Source: Candidatus Binatia bacterium
Lineage (GTDB): Bacteria > Desulfobacterota > Binatia > HRBIN30
Length of the DNA stretch: 64,000 nucleotides
Direction of reading: 5' to 3'
Assembly (NCBI GenBank): GCA_038245295.1
Contig: JBBRSP010000011.1
Span: 128,001-192,000 of the forward strand
Part shown: piece after piece, positions 47,258 through 56,383 of the stretch
How positions within the stretch are numbered: position 1 is the stretch's first letter
Layout: each line of letters begins with the position of its first letter
The notes under the pieces: model-generated
Told to the model about the DNA's origin: nothing
The model's input: only the letters and a program-made list of their open reading frames with translations
Databases searched by the model: none
Translations under genes and position numbers: made by a program

Positions 47258-49885
47258 CTAGCGGGTCGGGCACCCGTTGAGTGCGGCGTTCACAGCGCCG
47301 ATGATTTCATCGATGGTGATCTCGCCGTCACCGTTGCCGTCGCCCGGCGGACAACCCGACGTCGGGCCGTTGCCGAGGGCGATGTTCACCATGAGGATCA
47401 ACTCGTCGACCGTGACTTCCCCATCCAGGTGACAATCGCCGACGCATTTTGGCGCCGCCGTTGTCGGCGAGGCGGTTACCGTTGCCGAGGCCGTGGCAGA
47501 CGCCGTTGCTGAGGCCGACCGCGTCGCCGTCGGGCTCGGCGTGAAGGTCGCCGAAGATACCGTCGTTGCTGTTGCCGAGGGCACCAGCGTTGCGGTTGGG
47601 GTTGCTGTGCTCGACGGTGGCGGCAGGGTCGCCGTTGGCGACGGTACAAACGTCGTCGGTGTCGTGGACGGCGGTGGCGGTGTGACGGTGAGCGATGGCG
47701 TGCTGGTCCCGGTCGGCGTCACCGTTGCTACGGCGGTGGCCGTGATCGAACGTGTCGACGTTGGTGTCGGGTCTTGCGCCACCGTCGGGGTTGGCGAGCT
47801 CTTGGGTGTTTCCGACGGTGTCGGGGTCACGGTGAATGTCGAGGTTGGACTCGCGGTGTTCGTCACGCTCGGAGTATTCGATGCCGTCGGCGTCAGGGTC
47901 GGCGTGAGGGACGGAGGCAAGGTACCCGTCACGGTGCGTGTCGACGTCCCGGTTTGCGTGGGGGTATGAGTCACGGTGCTTGTGTTCGTCGCACTGGGGC
48001 TCGGCGAGTTGGTGAGGGTGCTGGTAGATGAGGGGGTCGGTGTGCTTGTGCGGGTTGCCGTGTTGCTCGGTGACGCCGTCTGGGTGATGGTTGGCGTTGG
48101 TGTGCAGATCGCCACCGGTCCACACCCGAGCACGGGATCGCAGGTTGTGTTGCAGGCAACACCGGCGCCGCACGTCTCGGTCTTACAGAAGCGCGAGCAG
48201 CCGTCGCAGTTGGCCATGTTACCGCCGTCGCACGTTTCCGGATACTCGACGACGTTGTTGCCGCAGACCGGGCAGGGAATTAGACAACCGCTTAACATAT
48301 CGGGTGTGCAGGCCGGCATTCCCGTCGCCACGAGGGGTGGTTGAAAGGCGCCGGCCTTGATGGTCGGGCTGGTGCCGTTCTTGAAGGTCAGAAGGTTGAT
48401 CCCGTCGGCGCCGCCGGATCCTTCGCCGAGGGCGTTGAGGCTACCCTGGACGTTGACCAGTTCGCGCGCCGTCAGCTGAATTTCGCCGCCGGTGCCGGGG
48501 GCGCGGGCAAAAAACACGGCGGCCGGCTGGATGTTGATATTGCAGGCGGTGAGGTCGACGCTGCCGGCGTCGCCACAGCCGTCGATGCCGCAGGGGCCGC
48601 CGCCGACGTTCATGCCGCCGGTGATGTTGAGATTGCCGAACGCTTCGAAGCCGGCTTCGACCGTGATGTCACCGCCGATACCTGTCGCAAAGAATCCCTT
48701 CGACGTGAACGTGCCGCCGATGTTGATGTTGCTGCTGGCCGCCAGGTCGATGCTGCCGCCCGAGACACCGCCGTCGGCGCTGAGGTCGCCGTTGATCGTT
48801 GCGGACAGCCCGGCTTGCAGATCGATCGTGCCGCCGGCGCCGTCGGCGCCGCCGGTGTCGACAGACATCGTCGTTCCGCTCGCGACGGTGAAGTCGCCGG
48901 CGCCTTGCATGTCGATTTCGCCGCCGTCACCGTCCGGACCGACTCCTTCGGCGAAGATACTCGCGTTCATCACAATGCTGCCGCCGAGTGCGTCGACCGC
49001 GAGGGTACCACCCTCGCCGCCGGCGGTGGGGTTCAGGTCACTGCCCCGGAGGAGGACCTGAGCGAGAATCTGTACGCCTTTGTTGGCGGTGATGGTAATC
49101 GATGCGGCTGTACCGGCATCCCCGGTGGCGTTGCCGCGTAGGCCGCGTGTGATGATGTCGGTGCCGGCTGAGAGATCGATGGTGCCGCCGTTGTTTCCGG
49201 TGACGTCAACGAAGTCGCCGAGGTCGAGCTTGCCGCCGGCGTCAATATCGATCTGGCCGCCGCCGGCTGCCGAAGTGGCGCCGCCGGTGGCCGAGATGTC
49301 GCTGCCGATGCCGCTGATGAAGTCCTGGGCTGCGGCGATGATCACCTTGCCGCCGCTGCTGGCGGTGACGAGTTGATCGGCGTTGAGGGTGCCGTTGATG
49401 GTGACGGTACCGCCCGAACTGATATCGATCGTCCCCGCTTGCAGGTTGGCGGAGACGTCGATGCCGGCACGCGTGGCGCCGGACTTCTGCAGCGTCACGG
49501 GACCCGTGGTGACGATCTTTACGCTGCCGCCCTTGTTGGTCGGGGCCGTATTGCCAGTGCCGCGTCCGTCGATCGAGGGCCCCAGCCGGGGTGCGATCGT
49601 CAGGGCTCCGGCTTTTAGCGTCATACTCCCCGAGCCGATGGTCAAACGGCCGGCGGCCGCGATTGTCACGGCGCGGGTTCCGAAGTCGAGGATACAGCCG
49701 TCACCGATGGTGTAGGTCTTGGTGATGGTACAGGCTCCCGCGGCGGGGCAACCGGCGCCCTCCTGGGTGGAAATGTTGGCGGCGGTGCATGCCGTCTGTG
49801 CCTGTCCTGTCCGCGGCGACAAGGTGAGCGCCGCGGCGAATAGAGCGAGACCGATGACGACGATTGATGGTGTTGTTTTGATCAT
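47258..49885 (-). CDS. Large secreted protein: Gly-rich beta-solenoid-like region, Cys-rich repeat, very long Thr/Pro/Ser linker, C-terminal dockerin-like domain
   Basis: Paralog of 33775..36624. C-terminus CVGDCHLDGEVTVDELILMVNIALG...GDGNGDGEITIDEIIGAVNAALNGC. Confidence 0.83.
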   Translation of the reverse strand: MIKTTPSIVVIGLALFAAALTLSPRTGQAQTACTAANISTQEGAGCPAAGACTITKTYTIGDGCILDFGTRAVTIAAAGRLTIGSGSMTLKAGALTIAPRLGPSIDGRGTGNTAPTNKGGSVKIVTTGPVTLQKSGATRAGIDVSANLQAGTIDISSGGTVTINGTLNADQLVTASSGGKVIIAAAQDFISGIGSDISATGGATSAAGGGQIDIDAGGKLDLGDFVDVTGNNGGTIDLSAGTDIITRGLRGNATGDAGTAASITITANKGVQILAQVLLRGSDLNPTAGGEGGTLAVDALGGSIVMNASIFAEGVGPDGDGGEIDMQGAGDFTVASGTTMSVDTGGADGAGGTIDLQAGLSATINGDLSADGGVSGGSIDLAASSNINIGGTFTSKGFFATGIGGDITVEAGFEAFGNLNITGGMNVGGGPCGIDGCGDAGSVDLTACNINIQPAAVFFARAPGTGGEIQLTARELVNVQGSLNALGEGSGGADGINLLTFKNGTSPTIKAGAFQPPLVATGMPACTPDMLSGCLIPCPVCGNNVVEYPETCDGGNMANCDGCSRFCKTETCGAGVACNTTCDPVLGCGPVAICTPTPTITQTASPSNTATRTSTPTPSSTSTLTNSPSPSATNTSTVTHTPTQTGTSTRTVTGTLPPSLTPTLTPTASNTPSVTNTASPTSTFTVTPTPSETPKSSPTPTVAQDPTPTSTRSITATAVATVTPTGTSTPSLTVTPPPPSTTPTTFVPSPTATLPPPSSTATPTATLVPSATATTVSSATFTPSPTATRSASATASATASATVTASPTTAAPKCVGDCHLDGEVTVDELILMVNIALGNGPTSGCPPGDGNGDGEITIDEIIGAVNAALNGCPTR

Positions 49886-51195
49886 GATCCCAGTCCATTC
49901 TCGATGCGGATGAGCGCTGACTTCGTGCGCACCGAGGCAAATCGATCGATCACCTTCAACGCTCGCCGAAGGTTTCGTTCACGCGCCTCGTGCGTGCGAA
50001 TGACGATCGGAACCGCCGCCCCCGACTCGCGTTCTTGTTGAATCACCGATGCGATTGAAATGTCGTGCCGTCCCAAGATTCCGGCGATCTTTGCCAGAAC
50101 ACCCGGGCGGTCCACAACCATAAAACGCAGATAGTACTCCGTGAGGAGATCCTCCATGGGGCGCACGGTTACCTCAGTCTGCTGCGCGATGGGATAGCCG
50201 AGGGGAGCAATTCGACCACGGCAACCGAGAACAATATTGCGCGCCGCTTCCATCACGTCGGCCACCACCGCGGTGGCCGTCGGCATCATGCCGGCACCCG
50301 AGCCGAAATACATGCTTGGCCCCAGCGCCTCGCCGCCGACGGCGATGGCGTTGAACGCACCGTTGACGTCGGCCAGCAGGTGTTTGCGCGGCACCATCGT
50401 CGGGTGGACGCGCGCCTCGATGCGACGGCCGTGGCGTTTGGCAATGGCGAGCAACTTGATCACGTAACCGAACTCGTGCGCAAACCGGATGTCGAGTTGG
50501 GTGATTGGGCGAATGCCTTCGACGGTGAGGTCGTCGAAATCGACACGCGCGCCAAAGGCGAGTTGGATCAGCAGCGTGAGTTTGTGGGCGGCGTCGATGC
50601 CGTCGACGTCGAACGTCGGGTCGGCTTCGGCCAGTCCTTGTTTCTGTGCCTCGCCTAGTACGGCGTCGAACTCGCCGCCCTGCTGGGCCATCGTGCTGAG
50701 AATGTAGTTGGATGTGCCGTTGACGATTCCATAGATGGCGGTGTTGCGATCGCTGCCCAGCGCGTCGCGCAGGGTGCGGATGATCGGGATGCCACCACCG
50801 ACGCTGGCTTCGAAGCCGACGTCGACGCCGGCAGCCTCGGCGGCGGCGAACACTTCGCGTCCGTGCACCGCCAGCATCGCCTTGTTCGCGGTGACGAGGC
50901 TTTTGCCCGCTGCGATGGCGCGCAGCGCGAAACGGCGCGCCGTATCGTACCCACCCATGAGTTCGACGACGATATCGATCGTCGGGTCCGCAAGCAGGTT
51001 CCCGGCGTCCGGAATGAGTACACCCGGGGCCAGCTTGATGCCGCGATCACGCTTCGTGTCGATGTCGGCGATACGGGCGACGCGCACGCGCGCCCCGACT
51101 CGATCGCGGATCTGGGTCGCGTTCTGTTGCAGCAATTTGGCGACACCCGTACCGATGGTGCCGAAGCCGATGAGTCCAACGTTGACGTCACGCAC
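49882..51195 (-). CDS. hom: Homoserine dehydrogenase with C-terminal ACT domain
   Basis: GFGTIG, VTANK, FEASVGGGIP, NGTSNYIL, AEADP..DVDG.DAAHK, GAG..PTA.AV, DRPGVLA. Confidence 0.96.
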   Translation of the reverse strand: MRDVNVGLIGFGTIGTGVAKLLQQNATQIRDRVGARVRVARIADIDTKRDRGIKLAPGVLIPDAGNLLADPTIDIVVELMGGYDTARRFALRAIAAGKSLVTANKAMLAVHGREVFAAAEAAGVDVGFEASVGGGIPIIRTLRDALGSDRNTAIYGIVNGTSNYILSTMAQQGGEFDAVLGEAQKQGLAEADPTFDVDGIDAAHKLTLLIQLAFGARVDFDDLTVEGIRPITQLDIRFAHEFGYVIKLLAIAKRHGRRIEARVHPTMVPRKHLLADVNGAFNAIAVGGEALGPSMYFGSGAGMMPTATAVVADVMEAARNIVLGCRGRIAPLGYPIAQQTEVTVRPMEDLLTEYYLRFMVVDRPGVLAKIAGILGRHDISIASVIQQERESGAAVPIVIRTHEARERNLRRALKVIDRFASVRTKSALIRIENGLGS

Positions 51196-51348
51196 AATAT
51201 TTCTCCGGGGTAGAGATGGGATCCATTTCAGGTTGCGCCTCGTGTTCCACGGGCTGACGACTAGCGCCCCCGGCGGTCAAACGAGTGCGCACCATAAAGG
51301 ATCGACCACGGTGACGCAAATTCCGATGACGGCGGCTCACGGATGATT

Positions 51349-51760
51349 CGTCATGCCCGCGATCGAGACTGTCGATAAACTCGGATGCCACCCCGTCATA
51401 CCGGCGAACGAGACTGTCGTAAAACCAAAGTGGAGCAACGTCATCCCGGTGAAAACCGGGATCCTTCAGTGCTGGAAGCCTCGAAAGCTGGGGAGATACC
51501 GGCTTTCGCCGGTATGGCGGGATAGACCTGCTCGGTTTCAAGTGCGGTTTCCGAGTAAAGCGACACACTCGAAAGCCAGGATCTCCTCGAGTGGAAGGCC
51601 GAAAATGCTGGGGAGATTCCGGCTTTCGCCGGAATGACGGAGGTGTTTGCGCTGTTTCAAACGATGAATCAGGGAAAGTCGACAGACTCTTTCGCCGGAA
51701 TGACGGAGGTGTTTGCATCCTTTCAAACGTGCGATCAGAGAAAATCGACAGTCTCTATGG
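51349..51760. repeat. Composite REP/BIME-like array bounded by nested GAGACTGTCG inverted repeats
   Basis: Several CGTCAT.CCGG.GAAA.CCGG.AT units in both orientations and a 120-nt duplication. GAGACTGTCGA (51365) pairs with TCGACAGTCTC (ends 51755). Confidence 0.8.
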
Positions 51761-51858
51761 CGGGGAGCCGGTCATGGAGCGGGGGCCAGAGGCGCACCTT
51801 CGAATCCAACGCTGGGTCCCGGGTTTGGCCCGCGGGACGCGCCGGCTCGTTTCAAATG

Positions 51859-51893
51859 AGAAACGGCGCTTCCTTTCGGGAAGCGCCGTTTCT
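51859..51893 (-). terminator. Rho-independent terminator of rne
   Basis: Perfect stem AGAAACGGCGCTTCC / GGAAGCGCCGTTTCT, just downstream of the rne stop. Confidence 0.8.
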
Positions 51894-51936
51894 GTTCGTT
51901 CGATCCACTCCTGGGAAAGCTGAGGAGAGATTGGAG

Positions 51937-54273
51937 TTATTCGCCGCGCGTCGGTGCCGCGGCCTTCGGTTTACGCGACCGTGGCCGTGCGGGGCGGGGC
52001 TTGGTGGTGGCAGCCGCTTTGGCGGCCTTTGGAGCCGCCACCTTGCGCGGCGCCTTTTCCTTGGTCACGGGCGGGCTTGCCTTGCTCGGCTCGGCCTTGG
52101 CGGCGGGTGGAGCAGCTGCCGCGGCGCTGTTTTCGGCGTCGGCCTTGGCCTTCTTGGCACTCTGCGCGCGTCGCTGCTTCGCCTGCCGAGCTCGGCTGGA
52201 GCGTGATCTGCTGCGTTTGGCAGCGGGTTCCGCCGCCGTCGCCTCTTCGCCGCGAGCCTCGGCTTGCGGTTCGAGCTCCGCCGTAGGAGCGGCTTCGGGC
52301 ATCGCTTCTTCGTCTACGAGCTCATCGTGGTGGCTCGGCTGTTCGGCTTCGATGCCGCGCACTTCTTCGGTTGGGGTGGCTTCGTCTTCGTACGTGTCGC
52401 CGAAGCTGTCGCTGTCGTCGCCACCGTCGTCTGACGTTTCCTGGTCGGCGACGGCCGCTTCGACGGCTGCCGCGGCTGCCGCCGCGGCGGCAGCGTCGTA
52501 CAGCCCGACGTGTTGACCGAGAATCGCCAGCATCTCGCCGATGCTAGCGGCGGCTGACTTGCCGCGACCGCGTTTGCCACGTCGTCGCCGTCGTCGCTTA
52601 CCATTGCCCTTGGCGGCTTCGGCGCTCGGCGCCGCTTTGTCAGGTTGCTGGGCGGCCGGCTCGCTGGCCGCAGCGATTTCGCTGGCTGGCTTCTCGAGCT
52701 CCTCGGCACTGGGCTCGGATGCTGTCAGGCCACCCAGGCGCAGCTGCGGTTGCTCGTTCGACGCGCCGTCGACACGCGGCTTGGTTTCCATCTCAAGCTG
52801 ATGCGGCATCAACTCGGGCTTGGTGGTCACCTGGATGCGAGTTGCATAACGGCGCTCGAGCTGCGCCAGATCTTCGCGCTTCTGGTTCAACAGATACATC
52901 GCCACGTCGGTGGGCAAGGCGAGATGTGCGCTGGCGACGTCACCCTGGGCGATGCGATTGTGAACCTTACGGAGGGCGACGAGTGCCGCCGATTCGGTGG
53001 TGCGCACCAGGCCGTGGCCGTCACACATCGGACACGCACTGTAAGAAGTGGCTGCGGCGGCGGGGCGCAACCGTTGGCGTGAGACTTCGAGCAGGCCAAA
53101 GTGCGAGATGCGCCCCACTTCATGGCGCGCCTTGTCTTCGTACATGGCCATACGCAGCGCTTTTTCGACTTCGCCGATGTGTTGCGGATTGCGCATGTCG
53201 ATGAAGTCGATGACGATCAATCCGCCCTGGTCGCGCAGCCGCAATTGCCGCCCGATTTCGACGGCCGCCTCGACGTTCGTCTTGAACGCGGTTTCTTCCT
53301 GGCTACCACCGCGCACGGAGCGTCCTGAGTTGACGTCAATCGCCGTCAGGGCCTCGGTGCCGTCGATGACAATCGAGCCGCCGGACTTGAGAGGAACACG
53401 GCGCTTGTAGATCGATTCGATCTGCGCCTCGACGTTGAAGTGCGAGAAGATCGGTTTGTCGCCCTGATACAGGCGCAACGACGATTCCTTCTCGGGCATC
53501 ACGTCGCGCAGGAACTCGCCGGCGCGCTGAAAGACCTCTTCGTTGTCGACGTAGATTTCGTCGATGTCGGGTGTGAAGTAGTCACGAATGTTGCGCAACA
53601 CGAGGTCGTGCTCGCGATACACCGCGGTGGGTCCACGTTTACCGGCGGCGGATTGCTTGATGCTCTCCCACAACCGCAGCAGGTAGGTCATATCGCGTTC
53701 GAGCTCGGCGATTCCCGGCTCGAAGCCGGCCACCGTCCGGACGATGATGCCGAAGCCTTCTGGGGGTTTGAGCTGCTCGATCAACTCGCGCACGCGGACG
53801 CGATCCGCGCCTTCGATACGTCGCGAGATGCCGGCGTCGTCCGAGCCCGGCAGGAGAACGAGGTAGCGGCCGGCCAACGAGTAGAAGGTGCTGAGCGTCG
53901 GCGGCTTGCTGCCGAACTGCTCCTTGACGATCTGAACCAGGATTTCCTCACCGGGTTTGATCATGTCCTGGATGCGTGGGCGGCGCCGGTCGCCGTCACG
54001 GTCCCGGCTGCTGCTGTTGCGCGGTGGCGGATTGTTCAGGTGGCGGAAACAGATTTCGTCGAGCGGCAGAAACGCATCACGATCAGCGCCAATGTCGACG
54101 AAGGCGGCCTCGAGCGCCGGTTGAACACGGTGGATGACCGCCTTGTAGATGTTGCCCTTGAGGTGTTCGCGGTTGAAAGACTCGATCTCGAACGAAACCA
54201 GTTTACCATCAGCAACGATGCCGACGCGGCTTTCCTCCGCGTGCGTCACGTTGATCAACATCGTTTTTGCCAT
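51937..54273 (-). CDS. rne: Ribonuclease E/G family (RNase E-like, with disordered C-terminus)
   Basis: MLIN...EESRV, KGNIYK, LEAAFVD.G, TEALTAIDVNSG, LRLRDQGGLIVIDFIDM, SRQR, CPMCDGHG; Arg-rich, acidic and basic tail. Confidence 0.94.
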   Translation of the reverse strand: MAKTMLINVTHAEESRVGIVADGKLVSFEIESFNREHLKGNIYKAVIHRVQPALEAAFVDIGADRDAFLPLDEICFRHLNNPPPRNSSSRDRDGDRRRPRIQDMIKPGEEILVQIVKEQFGSKPPTLSTFYSLAGRYLVLLPGSDDAGISRRIEGADRVRVRELIEQLKPPEGFGIIVRTVAGFEPGIAELERDMTYLLRLWESIKQSAAGKRGPTAVYREHDLVLRNIRDYFTPDIDEIYVDNEEVFQRAGEFLRDVMPEKESSLRLYQGDKPIFSHFNVEAQIESIYKRRVPLKSGGSIVIDGTEALTAIDVNSGRSVRGGSQEETAFKTNVEAAVEIGRQLRLRDQGGLIVIDFIDMRNPQHIGEVEKALRMAMYEDKARHEVGRISHFGLLEVSRQRLRPAAAATSYSACPMCDGHGLVRTTESAALVALRKVHNRIAQGDVASAHLALPTDVAMYLLNQKREDLAQLERRYATRIQVTTKPELMPHQLEMETKPRVDGASNEQPQLRLGGLTASEPSAEELEKPASEIAAASEPAAQQPDKAAPSAEAAKGNGKRRRRRRGKRGRGKSAAASIGEMLAILGQHVGLYDAAAAAAAAAAVEAAVADQETSDDGGDDSDSFGDTYEDEATPTEEVRGIEAEQPSHHDELVDEEAMPEAAPTAELEPQAEARGEEATAAEPAAKRSRSRSSRARQAKQRRAQSAKKAKADAENSAAAAAPPAAKAEPSKASPPVTKEKAPRKVAAPKAAKAAATTKPRPARPRSRKPKAAAPTRGE

Positions 54274-54412
54274 GCAGTACTTTCTGCCTCGTGCCGCTCC
54301 GTGGGGCCGCCAGCGTCAACCTTGATAGGGGTTAGACGGTACCGGCGCAACGGCAAGCTGCCATTGCGCCGGCGACCCGCACGAGCGGGCGGAAGAGGCT
54401 GTTCTGGAATAC

Positions 54413-56095
54413 CTACTCGGGACGGGCGCGTGCCAACTGCACCAGGACTCGGCTACTCTCCATAATGAGGAAGCCCGCGAGTCCGAAGAGCAGCAGCGCC
54501 ACGACGCCATTGAAGGTATTCGTGTTGAGGCTTGCGCCGGATTCAAGAATCGATGCGAAGGCCGCGCGTGCCTGGATGGCCAGCGACCACAGGGTGATGA
54601 TCATGACGAAACACATCGGGGCCAAGGTGAACCAGTTGCGACGTCCGTTGCGGCGCAGCCAGACGCTGATGGCAAGCAACGTCAGGGCGGCCAGCAGCTG
54701 GTTGCTGGTGCCGAACAACGTCCAGAAGACCCGATAGGATCCTTCTCCGGCCGTGGCGACGAAGAAAGCGGGCAAGGCGACGGTTGCGGCCGTCGCCAAC
54801 AATGCCCCCGCGGGGCTCGTCCAGCCGAACAGCTCCTGCAGGATATAGCGCCCTAGACGTGTGCTTACGTCCAGGGTGTCGAACACGAAGGTCGAGAACG
54901 CCATGGCGCCGAAGGTCGTTGCGAACGCCAAATGCTGCTCGCCGATCATCAACGTGAGGAAGCGCCCCAGACCTTCTCCATAGATGGCGCCCGGTGCTTT
55001 TCCGGCGAGGCTGGACGTGTCGACGATCATCACGGTCGCGAGGGCAATGAGCGCCACAAATGCCTCCAGGAGCATGGCGCCGTAACCGATGGGCTGGCAG
55101 TCCGACTCGCGGCGGATCTGCTTCGACGTCGTGCCCGAGCACACCAACCCGTGGAAGCCGGAGCAGGCGCCACAGGCAATGGTGACGAACAGGAAAGGGA
55201 ACAACGCGCCGTTCATCCCCGGTGCGTGCCAGGTCTTGAATGCCTCCTGTTTGATTTCGTAGTGCCCGAAGAAAATGCCGACGACGCCGACGAAGAGAGC
55301 CAGGTACAGCACGAAACCGCCAAGGTAGCCGCGCGGCTGCAGCAGCGCCCATACCGGAGTGAGCGACCCAACCAAGCAGTACGCCAGGATAACCAAGCCC
55401 CACGTCTTGGCGCTGTAGACGAGCATCGTCGAGCACTGCGTGCCGAGCCAGACGACGCCCAGTGTGGCCGGTACAAAGATGAGGGTGAGCAACCAGAGCG
55501 GCGGATTCAACCAGCGCTCGACGACACCCATCAGCATCGCCAGGGCGAGGTACATGACACTCGCCGCGGCCACGGCGCCGCCGGCATTGAAGTGAAAGGT
55601 GACGCCCTCGAGGTCCTCGCCGCCGCTGACAAAGGTGCTGGCAGTGATGTCGGTGAACGCGACGATGACGTAGATCAAGGCCAGCCAGATGAACGTCATG
55701 ATCGCCAACCAGGCCCGACGTCCGAGGTTCTCGCGGACGATCTCGGCGATCGAATTGCCTTCATGGCGCACCGACGCGATCAGGCTGGAGAAGTCGTGCA
55801 CCGCGCCGATGAAGACGACTCCGAAGCCTATCCAAAGCAGGCACGGTAGCCAGCCGAACTGCGTGCAGGCGAGGATCGGGCCAGCGATTGGTCCCGCCGC
55901 GGCGATCGCGCTGAAGTGCTGACCGAGGAGGTAGAATGGTTCGGTGGGGACGAAGTCGACGCCATCGTTGACCGTAACCGCAGGGGTCTGCCGCTCGTCG
56001 TCGAGCCGATACTGGGCGGCCAGGAAGCGCCCATAGATCCGATATCCGAGTCCGAGGACAAGCAGGGTGACCGATGCGATTAGGGGCAGGCTCAT
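54413..56095 (-). CDS. cstA: Carbon starvation protein A family transporter
   Basis: DGVDFVPT, GQHFSAIAAAGPIAGP, GAVHD, PVWALLQPRGYL, TIACGACSGFH, FGTSNQLLA. Confidence 0.93.
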   Translation of the reverse strand: MSLPLIASVTLLVLGLGYRIYGRFLAAQYRLDDERQTPAVTVNDGVDFVPTEPFYLLGQHFSAIAAAGPIAGPILACTQFGWLPCLLWIGFGVVFIGAVHDFSSLIASVRHEGNSIAEIVRENLGRRAWLAIMTFIWLALIYVIVAFTDITASTFVSGGEDLEGVTFHFNAGGAVAAASVMYLALAMLMGVVERWLNPPLWLLTLIFVPATLGVVWLGTQCSTMLVYSAKTWGLVILAYCLVGSLTPVWALLQPRGYLGGFVLYLALFVGVVGIFFGHYEIKQEAFKTWHAPGMNGALFPFLFVTIACGACSGFHGLVCSGTTSKQIRRESDCQPIGYGAMLLEAFVALIALATVMIVDTSSLAGKAPGAIYGEGLGRFLTLMIGEQHLAFATTFGAMAFSTFVFDTLDVSTRLGRYILQELFGWTSPAGALLATAATVALPAFFVATAGEGSYRVFWTLFGTSNQLLAALTLLAISVWLRRNGRRNWFTLAPMCFVMIITLWSLAIQARAAFASILESGASLNTNTFNGVVALLLFGLAGFLIMESSRVLVQLARARPE

Positions 56096-56149
56096 CGGCG
56101 ACACTCCATGACGGAGTGTCCCATATCGAGTCAAGGCGCAGGCTAAAGA

Positions 56150-56336
56150 AGTAGTGTCTCAGTTTGACCTGTTGGCGGCTGCGGATGGTGGATCCCATCG
56201 CGGAGCGCGCCACTCCGTGGCGCCCATTGCTGGAATCCAAACCCGCAGCGGGTAAGGTTCCGTCTCCGGGCGCCACGCAGTGGCGACTCCGACTAGAGGC
56301 CATCGGCGGGCGTGGAACCAAAATTGAGACACTACC
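56150..56336. mobile_element. Putative non-autonomous MITE (187 bp) with terminal inverted repeats and 8-bp flanking direct repeat
   Basis: TIRs GTAGTGTCTCAGTTT / AAATTGAGACACTAC. Flanks GCTAAAGA (56142-56149) and GCTAAACA (56337-56344). Confidence 0.7.
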
Positions 56337-56383
56337 GCTAAACATTGCTCCGAGGGCAGGCTTTTCGATAGCTTGGAGAAACC

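Noticed and set aside
51188..52206. ORFs 51188..51718 (-), 51353..51637, 51591..51923 and 51634..52206
   Set aside because: They are translations of the REP array (PSFRRKPES-type peptides) or antisense to rne, with no independent coding signal. The array also lacks CRISPR regularity.
56096..56383. SAM or SAH riboswitch upstream of metF
   Set aside because: I could not identify the conserved cores of these riboswitches, and the structure is better explained by a TIR-bounded element. An Rfam scan would settle it.
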